Source: Fibrobacteria bacterium (lineage in GTDB: Bacteria; Fibrobacterota; Fibrobacteria; UBA11236). From it: a DNA stretch of 64,000 nt. The position numbers and the translations under genes are program-made. Of the stretch, positions 1-9,454 are shown in pieces. The stretch is from the NCBI GenBank assembly GCA_041746255.1, contig JBGTHM010000023.1, forward strand, positions 15,640 to 79,639, read 5' to 3'. How positions within the stretch are numbered: position 1 is the stretch's first letter; the number at the start of each line of letters is the position of its first letter. The notes under the pieces were generated by a model, which made no database searches, had not been told where the DNA came from, and saw nothing but the letters and a program-made list of their open reading frames with translations.

Positions 1-244
1 CTTCATCCATCAAACCGGCTATGTCGTCGGCCATCATGGCGGAAGTGTAAGGTCCTTTGGGGGCATCGGAGCGTCCTACCCCGCGGTTATCGAGCAGATA
101 ACAGGTGAAATGTTTTTCCCAGGCTTTGGCATGGTCTTCCCAAACCGGCCCGTCGGCGGAAAGCCCCATGATGAGGATGAGCGGCTCGCCCTGGCCGCGG
201 GTTTGATAATGCAGACGAATTCCGGAAACTTCGGCAAAAGGCAT
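1..244 (-). CDS. alpha/beta-fold hydrolase (5' part; runs off the window start)
   Basis: Not in the ORF track. Manual translation from ATG at 244 with GGAGGAG RBS gives MPFAEVSGIRLHYQTRGQGEPLILIMGLSADGPVW...LLDNRGVGRSDAPKGPYT, typical Abhydrolase_1 N-terminal motifs. Confidence 0.9.
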   Translation of the reverse strand, partial: MPFAEVSGIRLHYQTRGQGEPLILIMGLSADGPVWEDHAKAWEKHFTCYLLDNRGVGRSDAPKGPYTSAMMADDIAGLMDE

Positions 245-398
245 GGTAGACTCCTCCGGTTTGATGGCCGTTACAATGCGAGACTCTGAAAAAATACCCT
301 GGGAAGCATAAGGATATTGGGACTATTTCGGCATGTTTAGGAGGGTGGTGCGCATGGGTTTCGGAATGTGGGAGACAGGGTCCATCTCCAGGTGTTTT

Positions 399-1208
399 TC
401 AAGGGGCCAGCACTGCGGCATGGTGGCGCATTCCACCCGATCCCGAGGGTCCTTGCGCTCCCTGAAAGTGACGGCGGCGAAATTCGCTGGGAGTAACGCC
501 CATACGTTTTATGAATTGTTTGGAAAAGTAGCTCTGATCGCAAAAACCCGTGGATTCCGCAATCCACGAAACCGATTTTCGCGTTTGTATCAGGGATTTA
601 CAGGCCTCGTTCACGCGAACTTTGAGAATGAATTGCATGGGCGTTTCTTGGAAAATGCTTTTGAAGCGCCGCTCGAATTGACTCATGGAAAGCGCGGCCA
701 TATGCGCCAACTGGTCCACGTCAATGCTCTTGGCATAATTTTTATGGATGTAGGTGATGACCTCGGAGAACTCCATGTATGCGGGGGCCGGCACGGGGGC
801 GCGATCCAGATGCTGGGTAATACCGGCCACGCCGACCACGGTCTTATCCCGGCCGTAAATCGGCACTTTGTTGGTGGAATACCAGCGGATGGTACCGTCT
901 TCGCAGGCTATCGGCTCTATTCGGTGCACGATACGCTCGCCGGTATTCATGACCTCAAGGTCGTCCTTGCGAAAGCGTTCGGCGATGTATTTGGGAAAAA
1001 AGTCGAAATCGGTGCGACCGACGATTTCATGGGGATGGCTGCAACCGCAAATGAGCGCCACCGATTGGTTCCCCATGACAAACCGGCCTTGTTGGTCTTT
1101 GACGAAAAAAGACATATTTGGAAGATTTTCAAAGAGCAAGTCGAGACCGCCAAGTGGGTCTAGGCCATTGAGAAAGTCCCGCTGGAAATTTTCGAAATTC
1201 TCCACCAT
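399..1208 (-). CDS. AraC-family transcriptional regulator with N-terminal PAS domain
   Basis: PAS-like FFVKDQQGRFVMGN...GRTDFDFFP; C-terminal AraC HTH (LAHMAALSMSQFERRFK...IAESTGFCDQSYFSKQF). Start at ATG 1208 is uncertain. Confidence 0.9.
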   Translation of the reverse strand: MVENFENFQRDFLNGLDPLGGLDLLFENLPNMSFFVKDQQGRFVMGNQSVALICGCSHPHEIVGRTDFDFFPKYIAERFRKDDLEVMNTGERIVHRIEPIACEDGTIRWYSTNKVPIYGRDKTVVGVAGITQHLDRAPVPAPAYMEFSEVITYIHKNYAKSIDVDQLAHMAALSMSQFERRFKSIFQETPMQFILKVRVNEACKSLIQTRKSVSWIAESTGFCDQSYFSKQFIKRMGVTPSEFRRRHFQGAQGPSGSGGMRHHAAVLAP

Positions 1209-1448
1209 GATTTGCTGAAAAGATACCAATAATACCCTAATTCGCACAAGACAGGTGAGGCACGGGGCCCTATCTTTACAGGTACCATTGAACCGCCGTC
1301 CAAAACCGGCGTAAAAGAGGGTTTTCAACTTTGGCCAGACGCATTTTCATCGGATCCTGGGCCTACACAATCGGGCCTTTAGCCTCACACCCGGTTGATT
1401 TTGATACCCTCAACACAAGAAATTCGCACCGGAAGCCAAGGTAAAGAC

Positions 1449-2225
1449 ATGACCATTGAACGGTCCCTGGAAGGGCGTAATGCATTGGTGACCGGAGCGG
1501 CCGCAGGTATCGGCTTGGCCTTGTGCCAAGCCCTTGCAGCGCGAGGCGCTTATGTGGTCGGCGCCGATCGCAATCCGGAAATCGAAACCATACTGACCTC
1601 CCAAGGCGTGACCGGGGGACGTGGCGCCATTTGCGATGTTCGGAACGAAGAACAGGTGGCCGAGGCCGTCGCTCTCGCCGCGCGGGATGACCGGTTGGAC
1701 ATCTTGATTTGCAATGCCGGTATCTTCCCATTGGGAGCCCACATCGAAAAGCTTGCCGATGCGGATTGGGACTTGAGCCTGGCCGTCAACCTTACCGGTA
1801 CCATGCGCTTCATGCGCAGGGCCATTCCCTTGTTGCGCAAAGGCAAACAACCCCAAATCGTGGTGATCGGCTCCCGCAACGTCAAGGCTCCGGGTCCCGG
1901 AGCCGCCGCTTATTCGGCCGCCAAGGCGGGTTTGACCCAATTGGCCCGCGTGGCCGCGCTGGAGTTGGCCCCCGACGGAATCAGAGTCAACGTGGTCCAC
2001 CCCGACGCGGTATTCGACACCGCCCTATGGACAGCCGCCGCTTTGGAGCGATCGGCTGAGCGCTACGGGATGAGCGTCGAAGAATACAAACGCCGCAACC
2101 TGATGAAAACCATTATCGGCGCCAGCGATGTAGCCGATGCCGTCTGCGCCCTGCTCGGTCCGGCTTTCGCGAAAACCACGGGGGCGCAAATCCCCGTCGA
2201 CGGCGGAAACGACCGGGTGATTTGA
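1449..2225 (+). CDS. SDR oxidoreductase resembling the dehydrogenase half of bifunctional rhamnulose-1-P aldolase/SDR proteins
   Basis: TGAAAGIG Rossmann motif, CNAG, YSAAK catalytic motif, VHPDAVFDT...KTTGAQIPVDGGNDRVI tail. Confidence 0.85.
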   Translation: MTIERSLEGRNALVTGAAAGIGLALCQALAARGAYVVGADRNPEIETILTSQGVTGGRGAICDVRNEEQVAEAVALAARDDRLDILICNAGIFPLGAHIEKLADADWDLSLAVNLTGTMRFMRRAIPLLRKGKQPQIVVIGSRNVKAPGPGAAAYSAAKAGLTQLARVAALELAPDGIRVNVVHPDAVFDTALWTAAALERSAERYGMSVEEYKRRNLMKTIIGASDVADAVCALLGPAFAKTTGAQIPVDGGNDRVI

Positions 2226-2256
2226 ACCCTTTGTCCCAGTATCACAAGGAGGAATC

Positions 2257-3288
2257 ATGCACGATACCCATTCCGAAACCCTGTTGAAGCGCCCCAAGAA
2301 GGTGCTGAACGATCCGAAAAAAGCCATGGCGGAAATGCTGGAAGGGCTCATCCTGGCCAGCGACGGCAAAACCAAAAAAGTGGAAGGCGCCGACGCGCTC
2401 GTACGCAGCGCAATTCCCGACGGTAAGGTCGCCTTGCTGGTGGGCGGCGGCAGCGGACACGAGCCCCTTTTCCACGGATTCGTGGGCGAGAACATGGCGG
2501 ATGGCGCGGCTTGCGGCAACATTTTCGCCGCTCCTCCTCCCGATGTCATTCTCGCGGCGACCAAAGCCGTGAATCGCGGCGCGGGCGTACTTTATCTTTA
2601 CGGCAACTATGCCGGTGACAATATGAATTTCGATATCGCGGCCGAATTGGCCGAGGCCGAAGGCATCCGGGTCGAAACCGTCCGCATTTGGGACGATGTG
2701 GCTTCGGCTCCGCCGGAGCGTTGCGAAGATAGGCGCGGAATCGCCGGCGACCTGTACGTGATCAAGGCCGTGGGAGGCGCAGCCGCCAAGCTGAAAACCC
2801 TCGACGAAGTGGTAGCCGTGGCCAAGAAAGCCCGGGACAATGTCCGCTCCATGGGCGTGGCGCTGGCAGCGGGTAGCATACCCGAAACCGGCGAACCCAC
2901 TTTCGTGCTTCCCGAAGATGAAATCGAAATCGGCATGGGCGTGCATGGCGAACCCGGTATCTTGCGGCAGAAGCTTGTGCCTGCGGATCAACTGACGACG
3001 CAAATGCTCGACCGTATCCTGGCCGATTTGCCTTTCAAAAAGGGTGACAGCGTGGCCTTGCTCGTCAACAGCCTGGGCGCAACCACCCAAATGGAATGTC
3101 TTATCGTCAATCGCCAGGTTCGCCGCTTGCTCGCCGAGCGGGGCATCTCCGTGCATTGCACCGACGTAGGCGCATACGTGACCTGCCAGGAAATGGCGGG
3201 CTTCTCGCTTTCGCTCATGCGTCTGGATGATGAACTTAAAGAATATTTGAACCTTCCCGCCGATTCGGTGGGATACCGTAAGAGGTGA
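2257..3288 (+). CDS. dhaK: dihydroxyacetone kinase family, substrate-binding subunit (Dak1)
   Basis: GGGSGHEP, NYAGD, RRGIAG and GMGVHGEPG motifs; AGGAGG RBS. Confidence 0.93.
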   Translation: MHDTHSETLLKRPKKVLNDPKKAMAEMLEGLILASDGKTKKVEGADALVRSAIPDGKVALLVGGGSGHEPLFHGFVGENMADGAACGNIFAAPPPDVILAATKAVNRGAGVLYLYGNYAGDNMNFDIAAELAEAEGIRVETVRIWDDVASAPPERCEDRRGIAGDLYVIKAVGGAAAKLKTLDEVVAVAKKARDNVRSMGVALAAGSIPETGEPTFVLPEDEIEIGMGVHGEPGILRQKLVPADQLTTQMLDRILADLPFKKGDSVALLVNSLGATTQMECLIVNRQVRRLLAERGISVHCTDVGAYVTCQEMAGFSLSLMRLDDELKEYLNLPADSVGYRKR

Positions 3289-3938
3289 GTATGGAAAATT
3301 GGGATGCACGTGGCGCAGCGGCTTTATTGGTCGCCGCCAGCGAGGCGGTTACCGCCGCACAGGATCTCTTGACCAAGGCCGATCAGGCAATTGGGGATGG
3401 CGATCATGGAATCGGCATGTCGCGCGGTTGCGAAGCGGTGCGCAATAAATTGTCCGCCGAACCTCCCGCCACCCCGGGCGCCGCTTTTTCCGCTGCGGGC
3501 ATCGCCATGATGATGAGCGTCGGCGGCAGCTCCGGAGCTATTTTCGGCACGCTTTTCTCGGCCATGGGAAAACGCCTGGGCGACGCGCCCTTGCTTACCG
3601 CATCCCTTTGGGCGGACGCTATCGCCGATGGCATGGCGGCCGTGCAAAAACGGGGCGGAGCCAAGGTCGGCGACAAAACCCTGATTGACGCCTTGGCCCC
3701 CGCCGTCGAAGCCGCGCGCGAACACGCCGGTGAAGACTTCGACCGGGCTCTCGCGCTCACCGCCGAAGCCGCCGTTGCCGGAGCGGAAAAAACCAAGGCT
3801 CTCGTGGCCACTTTGGGTCGCGCCAAAACCTTGGGTGAACGTTGTATCGGGCATGTCGATCCCGGCGCCCTATCTCTGTCCATCTGGCTGACGGGCATGG
3901 CGAAAGCCGCCGCGAGCAGCCCATCCAACGCAACCTAA
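3285..3938 (+). CDS. dhaL: dihydroxyacetone kinase family, ADP-binding subunit (Dak2)
   Basis: DQAIGDGDHG, GGSSG, GDKTLIDAL, GRA and DPGA motifs; GTGA overlap with dhaK. Confidence 0.93.
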   Translation: MSMENWDARGAAALLVAASEAVTAAQDLLTKADQAIGDGDHGIGMSRGCEAVRNKLSAEPPATPGAAFSAAGIAMMMSVGGSSGAIFGTLFSAMGKRLGDAPLLTASLWADAIADGMAAVQKRGGAKVGDKTLIDALAPAVEAAREHAGEDFDRALALTAEAAVAGAEKTKALVATLGRAKTLGERCIGHVDPGALSLSIWLTGMAKAAASSPSNAT

Positions 3939-3969
3939 AAGAGAGCGAAGACGCGCTTCGCGTCATCGT

Positions 3970-4004
3970 ATCGGGTAACGCCCCCGTTACCCGATTTTTT
4001 TTTT
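3970..4004 (+). terminator. rho-independent terminator after dhaL
   Basis: ATCGGGTAACG-cccc-CGTTACCCGAT perfect stem followed by a long T run. Confidence 0.9.
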
Positions 4005-4332
4005 ACGACACAAACTTCGACCCATTCCCTATTTCCAAAATGAACCTGCCCTACATGGCCTCCAGGGAGGCCGCTTTCTAAAACCCCATTGAGATGGCCC
4101 AAGTACCTCGGATGACTGCTCCATTCGATTAAAAAGCTCCGAATACAGTTAATATTCGCGGGTTTCCCCAATTATCTCAATACGATTAGCCAGCGATTCA
4201 CGAGCCTAGTCGCCAAAATTGAGGCAACGGGAAAATTAGTCCGCACTAGATTCAGGAAACCTTGCAAGAGACGGAAGATTCACGTCCTCCTTTCAGGGCA
4301 AGCGCGAGTGAATTGAATTCAGGGAGCGGTAT

Positions 4333-6027
4333 ATGTTACGACGAATGAGGTTGCTGACGCTTTTAATCGCCTTATTAATCGGGACTGTCTACGCGCAGGT
4401 GACCTACCCGGGCTGCAGTAACCTATCTCCGTCCAACTTCAAGCTTGTCAAGATATTGAGTCACAAGGCCTACAATCTTCTTCACCTTCCCGACGGCAAG
4501 TTTCTGTTCACCTCAGGACATTACGGCGAAGGTCCTATTTTCTTGCATGATACCAAGGCGGGAAAAACCACTCAGATTCCGAATTCCAATGCCGAGTGGC
4601 ATGGCTTCGGGTTTTCTCCGGATTTCGCCACCACGGGGTGGATGTATTTTTTCGAGTCGCCCAATAAAGAGACCATGCGGATTTTTCGGCAGACTTACAA
4701 CCAGAGTACCAATACGCTGAGCGCCAAAAAGTTGCTCATGGAGTGGGCCGGCATCAAGGGAGCCGATCATTGCGGAGGCGGCTTCGCCATTGATAAGAAC
4801 GGGAATGTCATCGTCGCCGCCGGCGACAATTCCTTGCATACCGACATGTGGGGTTCGGTCAACGAATCGAGTGAGAAACTCAATTCGTTGCGTACGGCGG
4901 CCAATACGAATAGTCTCATGGGTAAGGTCGTGCGCATCAAACCCATTCCCTTTCCCGATAACCAGTCCCCGGCTCCGGGAGTGGGCAGCACTTATGAAAT
5001 ACCTCCCGGCAATTTGGCGGACGCTTATAAAGTCTCCATGCAATGGTCGGCGGAGGATTTAAAAAAAATCCGTCCCGAGATTTATACCATGGGACACCGC
5101 AATCCCTGGACGCTTTCTTATGATCCCGTTTCGAATTGGATTCTGGAAGGTGAAGTGGGCAACCAAGCGCGCGGTGACGACGCCAAAAAAGGCTCCGTGG
5201 GAGGCGACGAATTCAATTTGATCAAATCGGCCGGGAATTTCGGTTGGCCGATGTTCGTGGGAGCGAACCGTCGGAATAACTTTTATGACTACTCCGGAAA
5301 TAAAATGGGACCCTGGTTCGAAGTCGACGCGCCTAGAAATACATCCAAGTTCAATACCGGGGTGCAATTGCTGCCCCCTCCGAAACCCGCGCTGTTTTTC
5401 CATACCAAAAAAAGCCAGCTCTATCTCATTCAAAAAGGTGATACCGTTCACTACAACGATGACTCCCTATGGGATCCGACACCCGCCAACAACCAGCAAG
5501 CCTGCGTGGCCGGTCCGAGGTATCATTATCGCACCGACGCCACCGACAAGGCCCGTCTGCCTCCGCACCTACATGGCGCCTGGCTAATTTCGGACTATTA
5601 TTTGCAGACCATCAAAGCCCTTCGATTCGATGGAACCGGAGACAATATCGAGGCGGTCCTTCCCGTAGTCGGGGGGCCGGCCAGCATCACGCAGCTGTCG
5701 CTGGATCACCAGGGCGTTCTCTATGTGGCAACAGAAAACCAGGGCTTATCCCGGGTGGAATACACGGGAACCTGCCATCCCGAAATATTGTCCATCGCGT
5801 CCCCTAATAGAACCGGAAATGCCTATGCCCCCGGTTCTCAGCTTATGACCGCGAAGCATTTTCAGCATTGGCGGGCATCCAACACTATATCCGAGGTGAA
5901 AATCCGTGACTTGCAAGGAAAGCTATTGCTTCACAAACAAGTCGCTCCCGGTGAGGCCGCTCTCCAGGATTTCTCGGCCCGTCATCAGGGGTTGTTTCTG
6001 GTGGAAACCTTTTCGAAAGCGAAATAA
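4333..6027 (+). CDS. secreted glucose/sorbosone (PQQ-type) dehydrogenase-family beta-propeller with C-terminal sorting-like domain
   Basis: Signal peptide; HCGGG, GKVVRI, YTMGHRNPW, DEFNLI, GNFGWP motifs; tail IRDLQGK...GLFLV. Confidence 0.8.
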   Translation: MLRRMRLLTLLIALLIGTVYAQVTYPGCSNLSPSNFKLVKILSHKAYNLLHLPDGKFLFTSGHYGEGPIFLHDTKAGKTTQIPNSNAEWHGFGFSPDFATTGWMYFFESPNKETMRIFRQTYNQSTNTLSAKKLLMEWAGIKGADHCGGGFAIDKNGNVIVAAGDNSLHTDMWGSVNESSEKLNSLRTAANTNSLMGKVVRIKPIPFPDNQSPAPGVGSTYEIPPGNLADAYKVSMQWSAEDLKKIRPEIYTMGHRNPWTLSYDPVSNWILEGEVGNQARGDDAKKGSVGGDEFNLIKSAGNFGWPMFVGANRRNNFYDYSGNKMGPWFEVDAPRNTSKFNTGVQLLPPPKPALFFHTKKSQLYLIQKGDTVHYNDDSLWDPTPANNQQACVAGPRYHYRTDATDKARLPPHLHGAWLISDYYLQTIKALRFDGTGDNIEAVLPVVGGPASITQLSLDHQGVLYVATENQGLSRVEYTGTCHPEILSIASPNRTGNAYAPGSQLMTAKHFQHWRASNTISEVKIRDLQGKLLLHKQVAPGEAALQDFSARHQGLFLVETFSKAK

Positions 6028-6030
6028 AGC

Positions 6031-7452
6031 ATGCAATTTAAGCGACCTCCTTATCTTAAGGGTTTTTTAATCGCCGGATCCATGGCCCTGGGGCTTGGCG
6101 GCATGAATGCAAACGCCCAGGGTAATAAAATCACTTTCGAAAGAATCAACCTTACCAAAGAAAACGTCGGTGAGGGGGTTACCGTAGCCGACTTCGATAA
6201 AGACGGGCATGTGGACGTGGCCGCGGGTCCCTATTTGTGGAAAGGGCCCGGCTTCACCCAGAAAATCAAGTATTCCAGCGCCGGGCGTCATTACATGAAC
6301 ATTCGGGCGGTTGACGTCAATAATGACGGGTGGTTGGATATTCCCTACCAGGAAGCATTGAAAGACGGCTTCTGGTTGGAAAACCCCGGTGCGGGCAAAC
6401 AGGACGGCATTTGGCAGAAAAGAACCTTCCCCACCATGGGCGGAGAGACGGCCCAGTTCTGGCCGCTTTTCACGGATAAAGCCGATGTATTGCTTTGCCT
6501 CTACATGCCCAATGGAACTTCGGGCCCGCTTTCGTGGAGCCGCTACGAAGAAAGCCAGAAAAAATGGGTTTATCGCATCATCTCTTCCAAACAATATCCC
6601 CGCAATAGTCACGGTTTGGGAATGGGAGACATCAACGGTGACGGAAGAAACGACATATTGGCTCCCGATGGCTGGTATGAGCAACCCGCAAGCCTGACGG
6701 GCGATCCCTTATGGAAGTTCCACCCATTCGGACAGAATTTCAACCCCTATTCCCGCGACCCCGAAATCCAAGGGGCTCATATGCATGTCGATGATTTGAC
6801 CGGGAACGGAAAGGCCGATTTCGTCGCGTCCCTCAACGGTCATGGCTGGGGCCTATCCTGGTTTGAACAAATAGAGACCGCGGGAAAAATCTCCTTCAAG
6901 CAGCATATGATCATGGGTAACAGGGCCGAGGCCGGCAAATACGGGATGGCCTTTTCCCAGGCTCATTCTTTGGAGTTTGCCGACATCAACGGCGACGGAT
7001 TGAAGGATATCGTTTCGGGAAAACGCTATTTGGCCCATGTCAATGGCAGCGATCCTGAAGGCGGCGCCGACTCGGAAGCGGTGCTCTATTGGTTCGAGCA
7101 AAAGCGTACCGCGTCCGGAACGGTTTTCATTCCCCATCTCATCAGCAATGACGCGGGCTCGGGTTGCAGTCTCGAATTGGTGGATTTGGATAAGGACGGC
7201 AATCTGGATATAATCGTCAGTTCGAAAAAAGGCGCGAATATCTTTTTGACACGGGGAGTTGCTCCCAGAGTCGGTATTCTGCCCGCGAAAAGGAATCGTC
7301 TCGCCTCGCAAGGGTGGAATTCCCATGTCAATAATCACTTGCTTGGCCAAGGCGACGGCACAAACTACCTCAACGTTCTGGGAGCGCGGAAGAATGGCTC
7401 AGAACGCCCCTATACCCTATTCATTATCCAACCCAGCCAAGCCAAAAATTGA
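6031..7452 (+). CDS. secreted FG-GAP/VCBS repeat protein
   Basis: Repeated DxDxDG motifs (DFDKDGHVD, DVNNDGWLD, DINGDGRND, DINGDGLKD, DLDKDGNLD); signal peptide. Confidence 0.88.
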   Translation: MQFKRPPYLKGFLIAGSMALGLGGMNANAQGNKITFERINLTKENVGEGVTVADFDKDGHVDVAAGPYLWKGPGFTQKIKYSSAGRHYMNIRAVDVNNDGWLDIPYQEALKDGFWLENPGAGKQDGIWQKRTFPTMGGETAQFWPLFTDKADVLLCLYMPNGTSGPLSWSRYEESQKKWVYRIISSKQYPRNSHGLGMGDINGDGRNDILAPDGWYEQPASLTGDPLWKFHPFGQNFNPYSRDPEIQGAHMHVDDLTGNGKADFVASLNGHGWGLSWFEQIETAGKISFKQHMIMGNRAEAGKYGMAFSQAHSLEFADINGDGLKDIVSGKRYLAHVNGSDPEGGADSEAVLYWFEQKRTASGTVFIPHLISNDAGSGCSLELVDLDKDGNLDIIVSSKKGANIFLTRGVAPRVGILPAKRNRLASQGWNSHVNNHLLGQGDGTNYLNVLGARKNGSERPYTLFIIQPSQAKN

Positions 7453-7557
7453 GGGGAAGGCCCTTGACCGCTTACCCAAGGGTCCGCCGCCTTCTCACCG
7501 CTGAGAAAACGGTCCGACTCCACCCAGATACTCAAATTGCTAGATTTTCGGCGGACT

Positions 7558-8238
7558 ATGCAGCCGAAAATCCTGATTGTTGAAGACGAGGCCGACTTAC
7601 GCGAGCTGCTCCTCTATAATCTGGAAAATGAAGGTTACCGGGTGGAGGCCGCCCGAACCGGCCTGGAGGGAATAGCCCTGGCAGAAACCTTCCGCCCCGA
7701 CTTGGTTCTGCTGGACCTGATGCTGCCGGATATCGCAGGTGAAGAGGTGTGCCGCCGCATGAGAAACAACGCCGCGTTCCACAACACCGCCATTCTCATG
7801 CTCACCGCCAAAGCCGCCGAAACGGATAGAATATTGGGCTTCCGGCGCGGCGCCGACGATTATGTCACCAAACCATTTTCCACCAAGGAATTGCTGGAAC
7901 GCATCAAAGCCATCCTCCGACGCACCAAAGGCGAAAGCAACCTTTTCCGCCTCCGCGATTTGCAGCTCGACTTTGATAGACATCAAACCCGCATCCACAA
8001 TCGCCCCATTAATCTTACCTCCCAAGAAATGGCCCTATTCGCTTACCTGGTGCAAATGCGGGGCAAAGTGGTCACACGCGACCGGTTGCTGGAAGAAGTA
8101 TGGGGTCACGGCGCGGATGTCGATTCCCGGGCCATCGATGCCAGTATCAAACGGCTGCGCGCCAAACTGGAAGACTATCGGGACATTATTGAAACCGTCA
8201 AAGGTGTGGGCTATAAACTCAATACGGAAATGGATTAA
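7558..8238 (+). CDS. OmpR/PhoB-family response regulator
   Basis: Receiver (ILIVEDE, LLDLMLP, GADDYVTKPF) plus winged helix (LLEEVWG...IETVKGVGY). Confidence 0.95.
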   Translation: MQPKILIVEDEADLRELLLYNLENEGYRVEAARTGLEGIALAETFRPDLVLLDLMLPDIAGEEVCRRMRNNAAFHNTAILMLTAKAAETDRILGFRRGADDYVTKPFSTKELLERIKAILRRTKGESNLFRLRDLQLDFDRHQTRIHNRPINLTSQEMALFAYLVQMRGKVVTRDRLLEEVWGHGADVDSRAIDASIKRLRAKLEDYRDIIETVKGVGYKLNTEMD

Positions 8239-8241
8239 ACC

Positions 8242-8964
8242 ATGCTTCCCAACACTCCGACCTATCTCCATATCCTGTTTCTGCTGCTCGTTTTGTGTAC
8301 GGCCGCTTATGTGATTATCGGTTTGCGCAGCGTCGAAACCAGAATGCCCAATGGCCTGCGCAATAGCACCTATCCCCTGACCATCGCAGCCCTCTTGATA
8401 GCTTGGCTGGCCGTAACCGGGTATTTGGCGTGGAGCGGTTTTATCGCCCGCTTCGACACCCTCCCGCCCCGCTTCGCCATCGGCCCTTTGGGCGGGTCCT
8501 TGGCACTCTTATATGTGATTTTTTCACGCAATGTCGGCAAAAGGTTGGACGTCATGCCCCCGGCTTGGCTCGTCAATCTCCAAACCATGCGAGTAGGGGT
8601 GGAGTTGACTTTTTTCGGCCTGTTCGTAGCAGGAGTGGGGCCCCGGCTCATGACTTTCGAAGGACGGAATTTCGACATCCTAATCGGGTTGACCGCGCCG
8701 GTGGCAGCCTATTTCGGATTTCGAGGAACTCGTTGGCGAATAGGCACAATGCTATTGTGGAATTTGGCTGGAATTATGATTCTCTCTTTTACCATCGGCC
8801 ATGGAATTTTCTCGGCGCCCACCGCATTCCAAAGGATTTCCACCGACCCACCCAATATTTTCATGGGTTATTTTCCTTATTTCTGGGTTCCCGCCTTCTT
8901 GGCACCACTGGCGCTTATCTTGCACGCGGCCTCGATTCGCCAACTTCTGCGCAAGTCCCGTTGA
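8242..8964 (+). CDS. multi-pass membrane protein of unknown function
   Basis: About 7 hydrophobic segments; LQTMRVGVE and GRNFDIL motifs. Confidence 0.8.
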   Translation: MLPNTPTYLHILFLLLVLCTAAYVIIGLRSVETRMPNGLRNSTYPLTIAALLIAWLAVTGYLAWSGFIARFDTLPPRFAIGPLGGSLALLYVIFSRNVGKRLDVMPPAWLVNLQTMRVGVELTFFGLFVAGVGPRLMTFEGRNFDILIGLTAPVAAYFGFRGTRWRIGTMLLWNLAGIMILSFTIGHGIFSAPTAFQRISTDPPNIFMGYFPYFWVPAFLAPLALILHAASIRQLLRKSR

Positions 8965-9022
8965 AAGGCGACCATCCCCCCATTTTATACTTTTCCTAAC
9001 AGCAAGCATAAAGGAGCGATAA

Positions 9023-9445
9023 ATGGCGGATTCTCAGGCCCTGGCGACCAGCCTTGATTCCCTAAAGTCGGCTTTGGAGAAGGCTAATGCCTTGAAGAGT
9101 CTCGGTAAAGAATCCCAATCGATCGAGCAAAGAATGCTGGTCGCAGAACTCATCGAAAAGCTGTTGGAAACCAAAGAGAAAATTCTTCAGGCAAAAGAAG
9201 AACTGCTATCGATACCGGCGGGAAGCGGAGCCGAGGCGGCGCAAGCATCCATTGAGTTCGACGGCCTTATCTACTGGAAAGTGCTTCCCACCGGAAAAAA
9301 AGAAGGTCCGTTCTGCCAAAGATGCCAGGATTTGGAGCAACGCTGGATTCGGCTCCAGGAAGAAAGCCAGACGCAAGACTTCGGCACCACGCTGAGGAAG
9401 TTCTATTCCTGTAAAGTCTGTAAAACCACTTATGATGTCAGGTAG
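9023..9445 (+). CDS. hypothetical coiled-coil protein with C-terminal zinc ribbon
   Basis: AAGGAG RBS; GPFCQRC...YSCKVC. Confidence 0.75.
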   Translation: MADSQALATSLDSLKSALEKANALKSLGKESQSIEQRMLVAELIEKLLETKEKILQAKEELLSIPAGSGAEAAQASIEFDGLIYWKVLPTGKKEGPFCQRCQDLEQRWIRLQEESQTQDFGTTLRKFYSCKVCKTTYDVR

Positions 9446-9454
9446 GTAGCAGCC

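Noticed and set aside
333..1163. Long antisense ORFs (also 2242-3309, 9671-10588, 21654-22508, 42002-43414)
   Set aside because: Shadows of well-supported genes on the opposite strand in GC-rich DNA.
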